IMG/VR virus record: IMGVR_UViG_3300042516_003202
Reading direction: 5' to 3' (one strand)
Length of the DNA: 64,000 nt
From: a virus
Shown piece after piece: positions 56,819-64,000 of this stretch. Made by a program: the position numbers and the translations under genes. How positions within the stretch are numbered: position 1 is the first letter of the stretch; each line of letters opens with the position of its first letter. Under the pieces are notes generated by a model that saw nothing but the letters and a program-made list of their open reading frames with translations, was not told the DNA's origin and ran no database searches.

Positions 56819-57745
56819 TCAGTCTTCTGCCAAACGAGCAAAGTAAGAAAGAGCATCGTCATCATCATCTTCCACAGGTGCCACAGCACGGCGGGTAGGT
56901 TGAAGATTGTTCAGTTCAGAACGAAGATCGTCATCAAGTTCTTTTGTAGAACCACGCGAGTTGTCTTCTTCATCAAACTCTTCAGGATCTTGATAACGAG
57001 GAGTGCCTTTAGTTCCGATAACGTAGTCAAGGCGCTTTTTCAGATCATCATAAGATTTGAATTGATCTGCTGCAACAAGTTCTGCAAGAGAATATTGCTT
57101 TTTCCAGATTCCTTCCAGAGCATCATCATCGTCCAGTAGAGGAGAAGGGTTGGCAAACTCGCTAGAGTCATAGTTACGATAACCAGCAACGTTCTTTGCC
57201 TTCAGTTTAAAGTTTGCACCCTGCCAGAAGTCAAACGGATCAATTGCTTCCTCATCTTCAAATTCGGGTTGCATCGCTTCGGTAAGTTTGTCGAAGATTT
57301 TCTTACCGTATTTGAAGAGGAAAACTTTACCTTCGTTTTCGGGATTTGCAGGATCCTTCACCACGTAAATGTTGCTGATGTAAGTCAGTTTACGCTTCTG
57401 CTTACGGGCGAGTTCTTTGCCAGCATCAGTACCGTTGTTCCAAAGAGTGGAATTGAGTTCGGATACAGGATCTTTTTGTCCCAGAGTGGTGAGAGAGTTT
57501 TCGATATACCAACCACCAGGACCTTGGAATGCGTGACTGTAGAGTTTCACAAACGGAAGGTCTTCGCCGTTGGGGGCAGGAAGGAAACGGATTACGGCAT
57601 AACCGTTGCCGCTTTTGTCTACATCCAGTTTCCAGACGCGGTCATCACTAGAACCGCTACTAGTATTCATTTTTTCAACTTCTTTGACCAGTTTGGCGGT
57701 CAGAGAACCAAGTTTAGATTGCTTTTTAAGATCAGCAAAAGACAT
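56819..57745 (-). CDS. gp32: single-stranded DNA-binding protein
   Basis: GNGYAVIRFLPA...HAFQGPGGWYIENSLTTLGQKDPV...YGKKIFDK...acidic C-tail. Confidence 0.97.
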   Translation of the reverse strand: MSFADLKKQSKLGSLTAKLVKEVEKMNTSSGSSDDRVWKLDVDKSGNGYAVIRFLPAPNGEDLPFVKLYSHAFQGPGGWYIENSLTTLGQKDPVSELNSTLWNNGTDAGKELARKQKRKLTYISNIYVVKDPANPENEGKVFLFKYGKKIFDKLTEAMQPEFEDEEAIDPFDFWQGANFKLKAKNVAGYRNYDSSEFANPSPLLDDDDALEGIWKKQYSLAELVAADQFKSYDDLKKRLDYVIGTKGTPRYQDPEEFDEEDNSRGSTKELDDDLRSELNNLQPTRRAVAPVEDDDDDALSYFARLAED

Positions 57746-57788
57746 TAGGATTACCTCGGATAGTTTGGATTTGGAGGATTACTTGGAT

Positions 57789-57817
57789 AGTATAGCAAGG
57801 AAGAGCAGGGAAGTCAA
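57789..57817 (-). promoter_or_regulatory. sigma70-type promoter of gp32
   Basis: TTGACT-N17-TATACT with extended TG. Confidence 0.8.
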
Positions 57818-58152
57818 GGGGTAGGATTGATAAACTTTTTAAGAGACTCAATCGTTTTTGTCATACTAGTAAATAACACCTGCATATCTGTGTCTGGTGG
57901 GAATCCCATCAAAGACACAGATTTGCGCAAATTCTCTTTCATTTCAACTGCCGCTGGATCATCAGACAGAGATAAACGTGTATACATGATACGTTGTTTA
58001 TCTAATAAGTTGCTCAACTTTTCAATATGTTCCAACTTATCTTCATTTGACATCATACCGAAAGTAAGAATACTTCCGTAAATGTCTTCTTGTAGTTTAT
58101 TAATTTCTCTCAATTCTTCCTGAATAATTTCAGAATCAAAAAAGTCACTCAT
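57814..58152 (-). CDS. conserved cyanophage protein (DUF1825-like)
   Basis: FFDSEIIQEEL...RLSLSDDP.A..M; located between gp59 and gp32. Confidence 0.65.
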   Translation of the reverse strand: MSDFFDSEIIQEELREINKLQEDIYGSILTFGMMSNEDKLEHIEKLSNLLDKQRIMYTRLSLSDDPAAVEMKENLRKSVSLMGFPPDTDMQVLFTSMTKTIESLKKFINPTP

Positions 58153-58741
58153 TTAAGATTTCCCTTAATTTCTTTTTATATTGGAACACATCAATATTTA
58201 GGAATGGACTATACTTTTTAAGTTTTAAACTTACGGTTTCCCACACTGGATCGAGCAATTTCTTATCAAAATCGGTTGAGAAACGGAATATTTTGTCGTA
58301 AATTACGAATGTTTCTAGCGATAATTTCCCGCTTAAGAACCTTTTGAGGACTGGTGGATGCCCCTTGGAACAATTCAGCGCATCGTCTAATTTTATCTCC
58401 GAGAACAATTCCTCCGATTGTTCTTTGAACAAGTAAGTTAAACTCTGTTGTCTCCGCATCCAATCTGCGTAGGTCCTTTCTCCAGAATTGATAATTTCTC
58501 CAATCCATAAGTTTTGTGGGTTGTCTGCGGATACAAAGTTTGATACAAGAAAATCTACGACTTCTTTATCAGAATACTTACGTGAGGTTTTTTCAAACCA
58601 GTACTTATCTTTTCGTTTATTAAAAGAAGTTACACTGGCACGTGATTTACCACCATATCTAAAGAAGTCGTATTTTGGATTTGTGAAATGATTTTTAAGT
58701 GACAAATAATGTTGATAAGTTTCAAAGGGGGTCACGATCAT
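58145..58741 (-). CDS. gp59: helicase loader
   Basis: YLSLKNHFT...YDFFRYGGKSRAS...LWIGE...K.KKYSPF. Confidence 0.9.
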   Translation of the reverse strand: MIVTPFETYQHYLSLKNHFTNPKYDFFRYGGKSRASVTSFNKRKDKYWFEKTSRKYSDKEVVDFLVSNFVSADNPQNLWIGEIINSGERTYADWMRRQQSLTYLFKEQSEELFSEIKLDDALNCSKGHPPVLKRFLSGKLSLETFVIYDKIFRFSTDFDKKLLDPVWETVSLKLKKYSPFLNIDVFQYKKKLREILNE

Positions 58742-58998
58742 AGGGGCAGTTTTGCTCTAGAAGTTTTTTTCATAAAATTGAGACGAGTTGCGTCCCATTT
58801 TAATCTTTCTTTTAACGGTTTTGAAACCAGTTTTGATACAGATTCTACATCAATACTATTAACTTCACAATAATGACAAATAGCATCAATGTAGTTCATA
58901 TTTTCAGATACCACTATCTTTTCGATTTCTAATGAAAATTTAGATGGAGTTAAAAATTTATTTTCTATAGCTTGTTCTAATTCTTTATTGTGTTCCAT
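58738..58998 (-). CDS. gp33: late transcription co-activator
   Basis: FSLEIEKIV...NYIDAICHYCE...LVSKPLKERL...LNFMK; start MEHNKEL at 58998. Confidence 0.9.
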   Translation of the reverse strand: MEHNKELEQAIENKFLTPSKFSLEIEKIVVSENMNYIDAICHYCEVNSIDVESVSKLVSKPLKERLKWDATRLNFMKKTSRAKLPL

Positions 58999-59665
58999 AC
59001 AATTCCAGTTTATCTCTAACAAACTCTCTAATGTATTCGGTGAGTAGTTTGATGTACTTTGATTTGTCTCTTTCTTCATAAACGATACATTCTCCATTTT
59101 CGCAAGCCATGATAATTACAAGTTTTTTGACGGGAATACCAGTCAGTTCATAGAACATACAGGCATAAGCAGCACACTGAACAAAATAATGCTCAATCCA
59201 CTCCCGTGGTTTTGGTTTTTTAGATGTTTTAAAGTCGATTATTGCTAATTCGCCATCAAACTCTGCAATACAATCTACTGTTCCCGCTACTCCAAGAACT
59301 TTGCTGTACAGGGAACCTTCAAGAGTATAAATGTTATTTATACGATTTAAATCTGGTTTAGCAATTTTAAATAAAAATTGCGACAAAGGTTGAACTTCTG
59401 GAAGTTCTTCATTTTTAAGGTGATGTTCAGTAAGAGTGTGCATATCAGTTCCACGACTTGTTGATTGTCGTGTAATTCTATCTGCTTCTTCATCACCTAC
59501 TTTTTTACGCCATTTAACAAATACTTGGCGATTTTTATGACTAGTTACTGAAGTGATTGAAAATAGTTTAATAAGATCTTCACCATCAGGAACCTTATAG
59601 TACCTAACTCCATCTATGGTCTCCCTTTCAAGTTTAGGGAGTTCAATATCAACATGTTTAAACAT
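58985..59665 (-). CDS. PD-(D/E)XK exonuclease (cyanophage exonuclease A family)
   Basis: SITSV...RGTDMH...AGTVDCIAEFDG..AIIDFKTS...Q.AAYA. Confidence 0.9.
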   Translation of the reverse strand: MFKHVDIELPKLERETIDGVRYYKVPDGEDLIKLFSITSVTSHKNRQVFVKWRKKVGDEEADRITRQSTSRGTDMHTLTEHHLKNEELPEVQPLSQFLFKIAKPDLNRINNIYTLEGSLYSKVLGVAGTVDCIAEFDGELAIIDFKTSKKPKPREWIEHYFVQCAAYACMFYELTGIPVKKLVIIMACENGECIVYEERDKSKYIKLLTEYIREFVRDKLELYGTQ

Positions 59666-60423
59666 TAAAATCCTGATTCAATTTTTGCAACAATGTATTC
59701 TTTAACAAGACCAGAGCGAACAATATCATTTACCCCAAACTCAATTAAATCAATTGATGGCATGGATCTTAAGATTTTTATGAAATCAATAATTCCATTA
59801 CGATCATTTGTTTTTTGAAGATCAGACTGAGTCGCGTCTCCACAGAACATAATCTTAGAATTTTCACCTATGCGTGTAATTATACTGTCCAATTCATGGA
59901 AAGTTAAATTCTGAAACTCATCAACAATCACAATTGCATTATCTAATGTTGTTCCCCGAAGGAATGATGTACTCCAAAACTTAATAGTTTCTTGCCCCTT
60001 TAGATTACCATAAAGCATTTCAAAATCAGCATCTGTAGGCATCTGGAACATATATTTCACCATATTCTTATAAGGAATTTGGTAAATATCCGCCTTGTCA
60101 TCATGTGTTCCTGGAAGGAATCCAATTTCACGTGTCGCAACAAGAGAGCGAACTAGATAGATTCTTTCATAAGGACTATTTTCATCTAAAACATCACATA
60201 AAGCATTGTAGAGAGTAATAAAAGTTTTACCAGTTCCAGCACATCCATAAGCAACTAAATGTTTCCCTTCAGCATAGGCATCAAAAAACTTTTTCTGATT
60301 ATCTGTAACTGGTTCAATATCTAAAAGATATTCAGAACTTAAGGGTTTTCTACGCTTCATCTGCTTTGCTGTGAGTCCAACCCCAATAGGTTGCTCTGCA
60401 GATCCTCTCTTTCTTCTTGCCAT
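59665..60423 (-). CDS. phoH: PhoH family ATPase
   Basis: GCAGTGKT, GFLPG, FLRGTTL, IVDEFQN, GDATQSD. Confidence 0.95.
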   Translation of the reverse strand: MARRKRGSAEQPIGVGLTAKQMKRRKPLSSEYLLDIEPVTDNQKKFFDAYAEGKHLVAYGCAGTGKTFITLYNALCDVLDENSPYERIYLVRSLVATREIGFLPGTHDDKADIYQIPYKNMVKYMFQMPTDADFEMLYGNLKGQETIKFWSTSFLRGTTLDNAIVIVDEFQNLTFHELDSIITRIGENSKIMFCGDATQSDLQKTNDRNGIIDFIKILRSMPSIDLIEFGVNDIVRSGLVKEYIVAKIESGF

Positions 60424-60424
60424 A

Positions 60425-60667
60425 CTAGATTTTCTTTACGTTAGATCCAGGCATTTTCGCAGCACGTCCTAGAACGTCGTTCCACCCTGGGTTTTTACTA
60501 ATCAATTTGTTCTGCCAATCTCCAACTTCTCCTGGAGTTGCGCATCCTTCAGACCAATCCCGTTTCCATTCAGGATTGTCTTTATACCATTGCATAATGT
60601 CGTTGACACTCATTTCAACAACTTTTTTTTCACCTGTTTCTACGTGAATAACTGGATAAATTGCCAT
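60425..60667 (-). CDS. conserved cyanomyovirus hypothetical protein
   Basis: 80 aa; CTAAATA late promoter at 60691-60697. Confidence 0.75.
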   Translation of the reverse strand: MAIYPVIHVETGEKKVVEMSVNDIMQWYKDNPEWKRDWSEGCATPGEVGDWQNKLISKNPGWNDVLGRAAKMPGSNVKKI

Positions 60668-60693
60668 AAAGTTACGAAATCAAGATAATTTAT

Positions 60694-61329
60694 TTAGACC
60701 CATTCAAGTGCTTCTGATACTGATGGGAACTGCTCTTTGAAAATTTCCTTACATGCAAGTGCAATATCCATATGCTCTTTTTGAGTGCCATTTGCAGAGC
60801 GAAGATTGATATAATGAATCCACGACCTGCATGAGCCAGACATATAAATTTTTGTCGGTGTTGCCAAAGGAAGCACGAACCTTGCACATTCCTTTGCAAT
60901 TCCCTCATCCAGCATTGTTTGATACAGTGCCATAGCATCTCTAAAATGCTCACGAATCAAATATTCATATTTTTCAACTACAGAAGGATCAACATCATCA
61001 ATAGAGTTTTGGCGATTCTTTGTGTCTTGGCGGCGAAGTTCTGGAACAGGAATTGTTTCGCCTAGCAGAGAAGAATCTGCATAACGTTGTGAAAATTCTT
61101 GATATGTAAACGAACGGTGACGCAAAATCTGAGCTGCGATACCACGATTCGTTTCAATCTCAAGAGTCATAAAAGACTGTTCAAAAACAGACCAATGATT
61201 ATGCTTAATGCAATAAGCAAGCAACTTGGCATAGTTTTCGTTGTCTTGATTCGCAGGATTGCTAACTCGTGCAACATACGCCATTGTTTTTTCTGCATCG
61301 GGCGTTACTGAAATAAGTTTTACCGTCAT
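60694..61329 (-). CDS. thyX: flavin-dependent thymidylate synthase
   Basis: HWSVFEQ, RHRSFTYQEFSQRY, ARFVLP, TQKEH. Confidence 0.95.
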   Translation of the reverse strand: MTVKLISVTPDAEKTMAYVARVSNPANQDNENYAKLLAYCIKHNHWSVFEQSFMTLEIETNRGIAAQILRHRSFTYQEFSQRYADSSLLGETIPVPELRRQDTKNRQNSIDDVDPSVVEKYEYLIREHFRDAMALYQTMLDEGIAKECARFVLPLATPTKIYMSGSCRSWIHYINLRSANGTQKEHMDIALACKEIFKEQFPSVSEALEWV

Positions 61330-61493
61330 TTTTTTCCAAATCCTTTTGATGTTTGTGCTTCAATATCTGCAAGTTCTTGTTTTATTACTCGCAATTGTGA
61401 TTTCATTTCTTTTAGTTGCTCATCGGAATAGAGATGATCTTGTTTGACCAACCTTTCCAACAACTTTACTAATTCTCTTGCTCTACTACTCAT
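61326..61493 (-). CDS. small coiled-coil protein (55 aa)
   Basis: Manual translation MSSRARELVKLLERLVKQDHLYSDEQLKEMK...SKGFGKK; ATGA-coupled on both sides. Confidence 0.75.
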   Translation of the reverse strand: MSSRARELVKLLERLVKQDHLYSDEQLKEMKSQLRVIKQELADIEAQTSKGFGKK

Positions 61494-61651
61494 TCAGAAT
61501 CCTCAAAAATTTCGTCGTAATCTAAAATTGGTCTTTTTCCCATCGGTTCTTTAGGTTTATAAGCAGAAACATCAGAATAGATTTCTGCTTTCAAGGAATC
61601 AACCAACAATTCCAGATTGCGAACAATTAATTTTAGTTTTTCTTTGTCCAT
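61490..61651 (-). CDS. small conserved hypothetical protein
   Basis: MDKEKLKLIVRNLELLVDSLKAEIYSD; start downstream of TGgTATGAT at 61674-61682. Confidence 0.7.
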   Translation of the reverse strand: MDKEKLKLIVRNLELLVDSLKAEIYSDVSAYKPKEPMGKRPILDYDEIFEDSE

Positions 61652-61683
61652 TAAAATATTGTTCTCTCGCACCATCATACCAT

Positions 61684-61711
61684 AAAAAAAGGAGGGAATC
61701 AATCCCTCCTT
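61684..61711 (-). terminator. rho-independent terminator of the peptide operon
   Basis: AAGGAGGGA/TCCCTCCTT stem followed by a T run. Confidence 0.8.
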
Positions 61712-61723
61712 AACGTATTTCGT

Positions 61724-61807
61724 TTACCTATAAATCAACTGAATGAACAAAGATAATAGAGTGATAAACGTAACAGATGCAACAGTAATTTGTGCAATAA
61801 CCATCAT
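61724..61807 (-). CDS. 27-aa hydrophobic peptide
   Basis: Manual translation MMVIAQITVASVTFITLLSLFIQLIYR; start overlaps the upstream TAA. Confidence 0.55.
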   Translation of the reverse strand: MMVIAQITVASVTFITLLSLFIQLIYR

Positions 61808-61905
61808 TACCTTGCTCCCGCATTTATAAGAAGTGCTTGATAACGTCTATCTTGTTTTTGCTTTTGTTCTTTAATAAGTTGAAGAAAATTGAGTTTTTTC
61901 ATCAT
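61807..61905 (-). CDS. 32-aa basic peptide
   Basis: Manual translation MMKKLNFLQLIKEQKQKQDRRYQALLINAGAR; AAGGAGG RBS. Confidence 0.65.
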   Translation of the reverse strand: MMKKLNFLQLIKEQKQKQDRRYQALLINAGAR

Positions 61906-62039
61906 TTATGTCCCTCCTTTACAAACTTAACGCCACGATAAGTTTCGTTATATTGTTGAGGTTGTTGCATCATTTGTTGTTGATACTCAAGACGTTTTTG
62001 GGTATCATATTCGACACCACGATATACTACTTTTGACAT
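61902..62039 (-). CDS. DUF4278-like small protein
   Basis: MSKVVYRGVEY...YRGVKF (duplicated YRGV motif); GGAGG RBS at 62048-62052. Confidence 0.75.
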   Translation of the reverse strand: MSKVVYRGVEYDTQKRLEYQQQMMQQPQQYNETYRGVKFVKEGHK

Positions 62040-62072
62040 TAGGATTTCCTCCAGAATGAGATTTTTAGGCCC

Positions 62073-62165
62073 CGTTCCTTCGGGCGGTTTGCGTTCGCTA
62101 TTTGCGAATAGCGAATGAACGTCCCGTTCCGCCGTCCTACTTGCGTCTGGTTTCCCAGATGAACG
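62073..62165 (-). ncRNA. tandem glutamine-riboswitch-like aptamers (glnA / Downstream-peptide class)
   Basis: Two units CGTTCA-hairpin-CGCAA...GGAACG; hairpins TCTGG/CCAGA and TTCGCTATT/AATAGCGAA; upstream of a DUF4278-like gene. Confidence 0.75.
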
Positions 62166-62172
62166 TAAGGTC

Positions 62173-62201
62173 ATTATAGACCCATTGCATTTATATAGCA
62201 A
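62173..62201 (-). promoter_or_regulatory. sigma70-type promoter of the riboswitch operon
   Basis: TTGCTA-N17-TATAAT; predicted +1 near 62166, immediately before the aptamer. Confidence 0.75.
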
Positions 62202-62209
62202 GTTTAAAC

Positions 62210-62225
62210 TGTAACATCTGTTACA
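62210..62225. promoter_or_regulatory. NtcA-like binding box
   Basis: TGTA-ACATCTGT-TACA (GTA-N8-TAC) inside a 10-bp perfect inverted repeat AAACTGTAAC/GTTACAGTTT. Confidence 0.65.
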
Positions 62226-62246
62226 GTTTTATAAAATCTTAAGGGC

Positions 62247-62275
62247 AAAAAAATACCCCAAAATTTTTTCGGGGT
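62247..62275 (-). terminator. rho-independent terminator
   Basis: ACCCCGAA/TTTGGGGT stem followed by a T run, just after the stop at 62286. Confidence 0.7.
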
Positions 62276-62285
62276 TCCAGGGAAA

Positions 62286-62660
62286 TTACTTTCGCTTTTT
62301 CTTTTCGGGTGCTTTGTATCCCCAGAGTTTTGGACTCATTCTTCCATATCCAAAATCAATTTTTTGAATTGCTCCAGGACCAAATTTATCATAGTAAAGA
62401 TCAAAGATTCTAACTCTGGTTCCTCTACAAAGATCCATATGAACTTCTTCACCAATTTTATACCAAATTAAATATGCATCATTAGGCCAAGATGAATCTT
62501 TTACTTGATCAAGAGTTCCATTTTCAACTAAAATTTGGCATCCATACTTAGGAGGAAGATTTTCTTTCTCTTCTTTTGTCCATTCAATCATTTCTTCCTC
62601 CTTACTATGGGACATTTGAACAACATCACGAAGTTTACTACTCATACACGATTTCCCCAT
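62286..62660 (-). CDS. conserved cyanomyovirus hypothetical protein
   Basis: PNDAYLIWY...DLCRG..V.IFDLYYDKFG; start uncertain. Confidence 0.7.
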   Translation of the reverse strand: MGKSCMSSKLRDVVQMSHSKEEEMIEWTKEEKENLPPKYGCQILVENGTLDQVKDSSWPNDAYLIWYKIGEEVHMDLCRGTRVRIFDLYYDKFGPGAIQKIDFGYGRMSPKLWGYKAPEKKKRK

Positions 62661-63250
62661 TTAATATCTGGATATGCTTCTGCAACAATTTCTTTACTAA
62701 CTTTATATTTTGTTTCTAATTTTTTATCTTTAACAAGAATTAAAATTTCTGCCTCAAGTGGATGAAGACCTTGAAGGATATTAATGAACATAGTTTCTCT
62801 ACGAAGAGAGCTCAACCCATCATTACCACCACGGATAAAATTATAGAAACGAGTATACTCTTTACGTATTGTAATTTGTCCTTGATCATTCATTCCTAAT
62901 GAGTTAGATCCCATCTCATTCATTTTATCCACTGCGTCCCGCACCTTATCGCTCACAGTGCCACTGAATGAATTTTGCTCCCCAGTATTAGCATAAGGAA
63001 CATCGCCTTCTGGAAGGGCAGATACAAGGCTCTCATCAAAGTTCCAAATAAAGATTGCTTTCAGAGAAGGATCTCCATATCTTTGGAGAAGTTCAACTTT
63101 TTTAGCATTAGTTCTTTGACTGGAAACTAATTCTAAAACTTCAAAAGCAAAAGGATTTACAGGAAGATCCTCTGATATTTTTTTAGTCGGAGTAGATGTT
63201 GTTTTCGGTTTAGAAGTTCTACTCGTCTTCTTCTGTGTCGTCGTTGTCAT
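62642..63250 (-). CDS. conserved T4-like phage hypothetical protein
   Basis: LKAIFIWNFDES...LPEGDVPY...RRETMFINILQGLHPLEAEIL; likely start MTTTTQ. Confidence 0.75.
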   Translation of the reverse strand: MTTTTQKKTSRTSKPKTTSTPTKKISEDLPVNPFAFEVLELVSSQRTNAKKVELLQRYGDPSLKAIFIWNFDESLVSALPEGDVPYANTGEQNSFSGTVSDKVRDAVDKMNEMGSNSLGMNDQGQITIRKEYTRFYNFIRGGNDGLSSLRRETMFINILQGLHPLEAEILILVKDKKLETKYKVSKEIVAEAYPDIKWGNRV

Positions 63251-63443
63251 AATAGTTCTCAAAATTAAATGCAATTACCTCATCGGGTATAAGATTACCC
63301 TGCGAATCAAACATTTCAGGGTGAGGTCTTGGAATTTCCCTGTAATTCATCATGTATTCCCTAGCGACCCATCCAGATAGCAGTCCAACAATAAAAAACA
63401 AAATGGTCATGAATGAACCAAATACTAAACTTGTTGCTAACAT
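63219..63443 (-). CDS. small membrane protein
   Basis: TM helix followed by HPEMFD..GN.IPDE. Confidence 0.7.
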   Translation of the reverse strand: MLATSLVFGSFMTILFFIVGLLSGWVAREYMMNYREIPRPHPEMFDSQGNLIPDEVIAFNFENYYDNDDTEEDE

Positions 63444-63646
63444 TTTTTTCTTCCTCGGGAACTACTGGATTTCTTTATATCTAAAGAAAATTCAAAATAG
63501 ATGGTCACTTCCCGCTTAAGAAAGCAGACCAACTTTTCAAAAATAATGTGAAAATACTTGGGCTGCTTTCTCTTACCTCCACTTAAGATAAGTTCTAGTC
63601 CACGATTAACGCGAATCTTGGAATTATTTATGTTCGTATCAGACAA
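63437..63646 (-). CDS. conserved small hypothetical protein
   Basis: INRG(V/L)EL-type motif VNRGLELIL; coupled. Confidence 0.7.
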   Translation of the reverse strand: MSDTNINNSKIRVNRGLELILSGGKRKQPKYFHIIFEKLVCFLKREVTIYFEFSLDIKKSSSSRGRKKC

Positions 63647-63875
63647 TTTGTCTCTCTTTTAAAAATTTAACAGTATCAGTACACCCACCCAATTTCTTAT
63701 CATTACAAAGAACTTGTGGAAAGGTAGAACCATCACCAAATTCAGCATAAAACTGGTCTTTGGTAAAGTGTTCACCTAGAGTATACTCTACAAACTTATT
63801 CCCTGTCAACTCCAAAACCTGCTTAACCTTGTAACAGTAAGGACAATCTTGTTTAGTGTAAATTGTAAAATTCAT
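63639..63875 (-). CDS. nrdC: glutaredoxin
   Basis: CPYC active site, TFPQV, LGGCTD; ATAAATA at 63901-63907. Confidence 0.9.
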   Translation of the reverse strand: MNFTIYTKQDCPYCYKVKQVLELTGNKFVEYTLGEHFTKDQFYAEFGDGSTFPQVLCNDKKLGGCTDTVKFLKERQIV

Positions 63876-63906
63876 AATTAGTTAATAGTTTTTTGTTTAA
63901 TATTTA

Positions 63907-64000
63907 TTAATACCCATCTTCATGCCAACATTCATTGTATCCATTTTTTTGATCTTCATATGGATAAAAATTTAATTGTTTTTTGGGCCACATTAAATCA
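63907..64000 (-). CDS. 3' end of a truncated ORF
   Basis: Open frame ...DLMWPKKQLNFYPYEDQKNGYNECWHEDGY* entering from the window edge. Confidence 0.4.
   Translation of the reverse strand, partial: DLMWPKKQLNFYPYEDQKNGYNECWHEDGY

Noticed and set aside
58985-59665. Cas4-like nuclease suggesting a CRISPR-related system
   Set aside because: Ordinary PD-(D/E)XK exonuclease in its usual phoH-exo-gp33 context; no repeat-spacer array found
60694-61329. Intron or intein in thymidylate synthase, as in T4 td
   Set aside because: ORF is uninterrupted and of normal ThyX length
61902-62201. 99-aa ORF-track protein reading through the riboswitch
   Set aside because: Its ATG lies upstream of the -10 box; the real start is at 62039 after GGAGG

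Overview
A 64-kb segment of a large T4-like cyanomyovirus genome (Kyanoviridae-like). It carries gp32/gp59/gp33/gp2/gp4/gp26/gp51/gp48/gp53, phoH, thyX, glutaredoxin, T4-type late promoters and host-type sigma70 promoters. From left to right: (1) 1-8.1 kb, a dense array of small, translationally coupled early ORFs with an HNH nuclease and a 2OG-Fe(II) oxygenase. (2) 8.2-11.8 kb, a DNA-transaction island: an SF2 helicase, a winged-helix/ParB-like protein and a split amino-methyltransferase, each unit with its own promoter. (3) 11.9-42.7 kb, giant repeat-rich tail-fibre genes (82-aa repeats, S74 chaperones, Gly-X-Gln collagen-like tracts, five Reelin-like domains), interrupted by two tandem tRNAs with anticodons UAU and CAU. 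(4) 42.7-56.8 kb, baseplate/tail module. (5) 56.8-64 kb, replication and auxiliary genes, including an NtcA-like box, a sigma70 promoter, a tandem glutamine-riboswitch-like RNA and a three-peptide operon led by a DUF4278-like gene. The best candidates for undescribed biology are the nitrogen-sensing peptide operon, the wH-ParB/split-MTase/helicase island and the Reelin-repeat tail fibre. All family assignments come from motif recognition by eye; no database searches were run.
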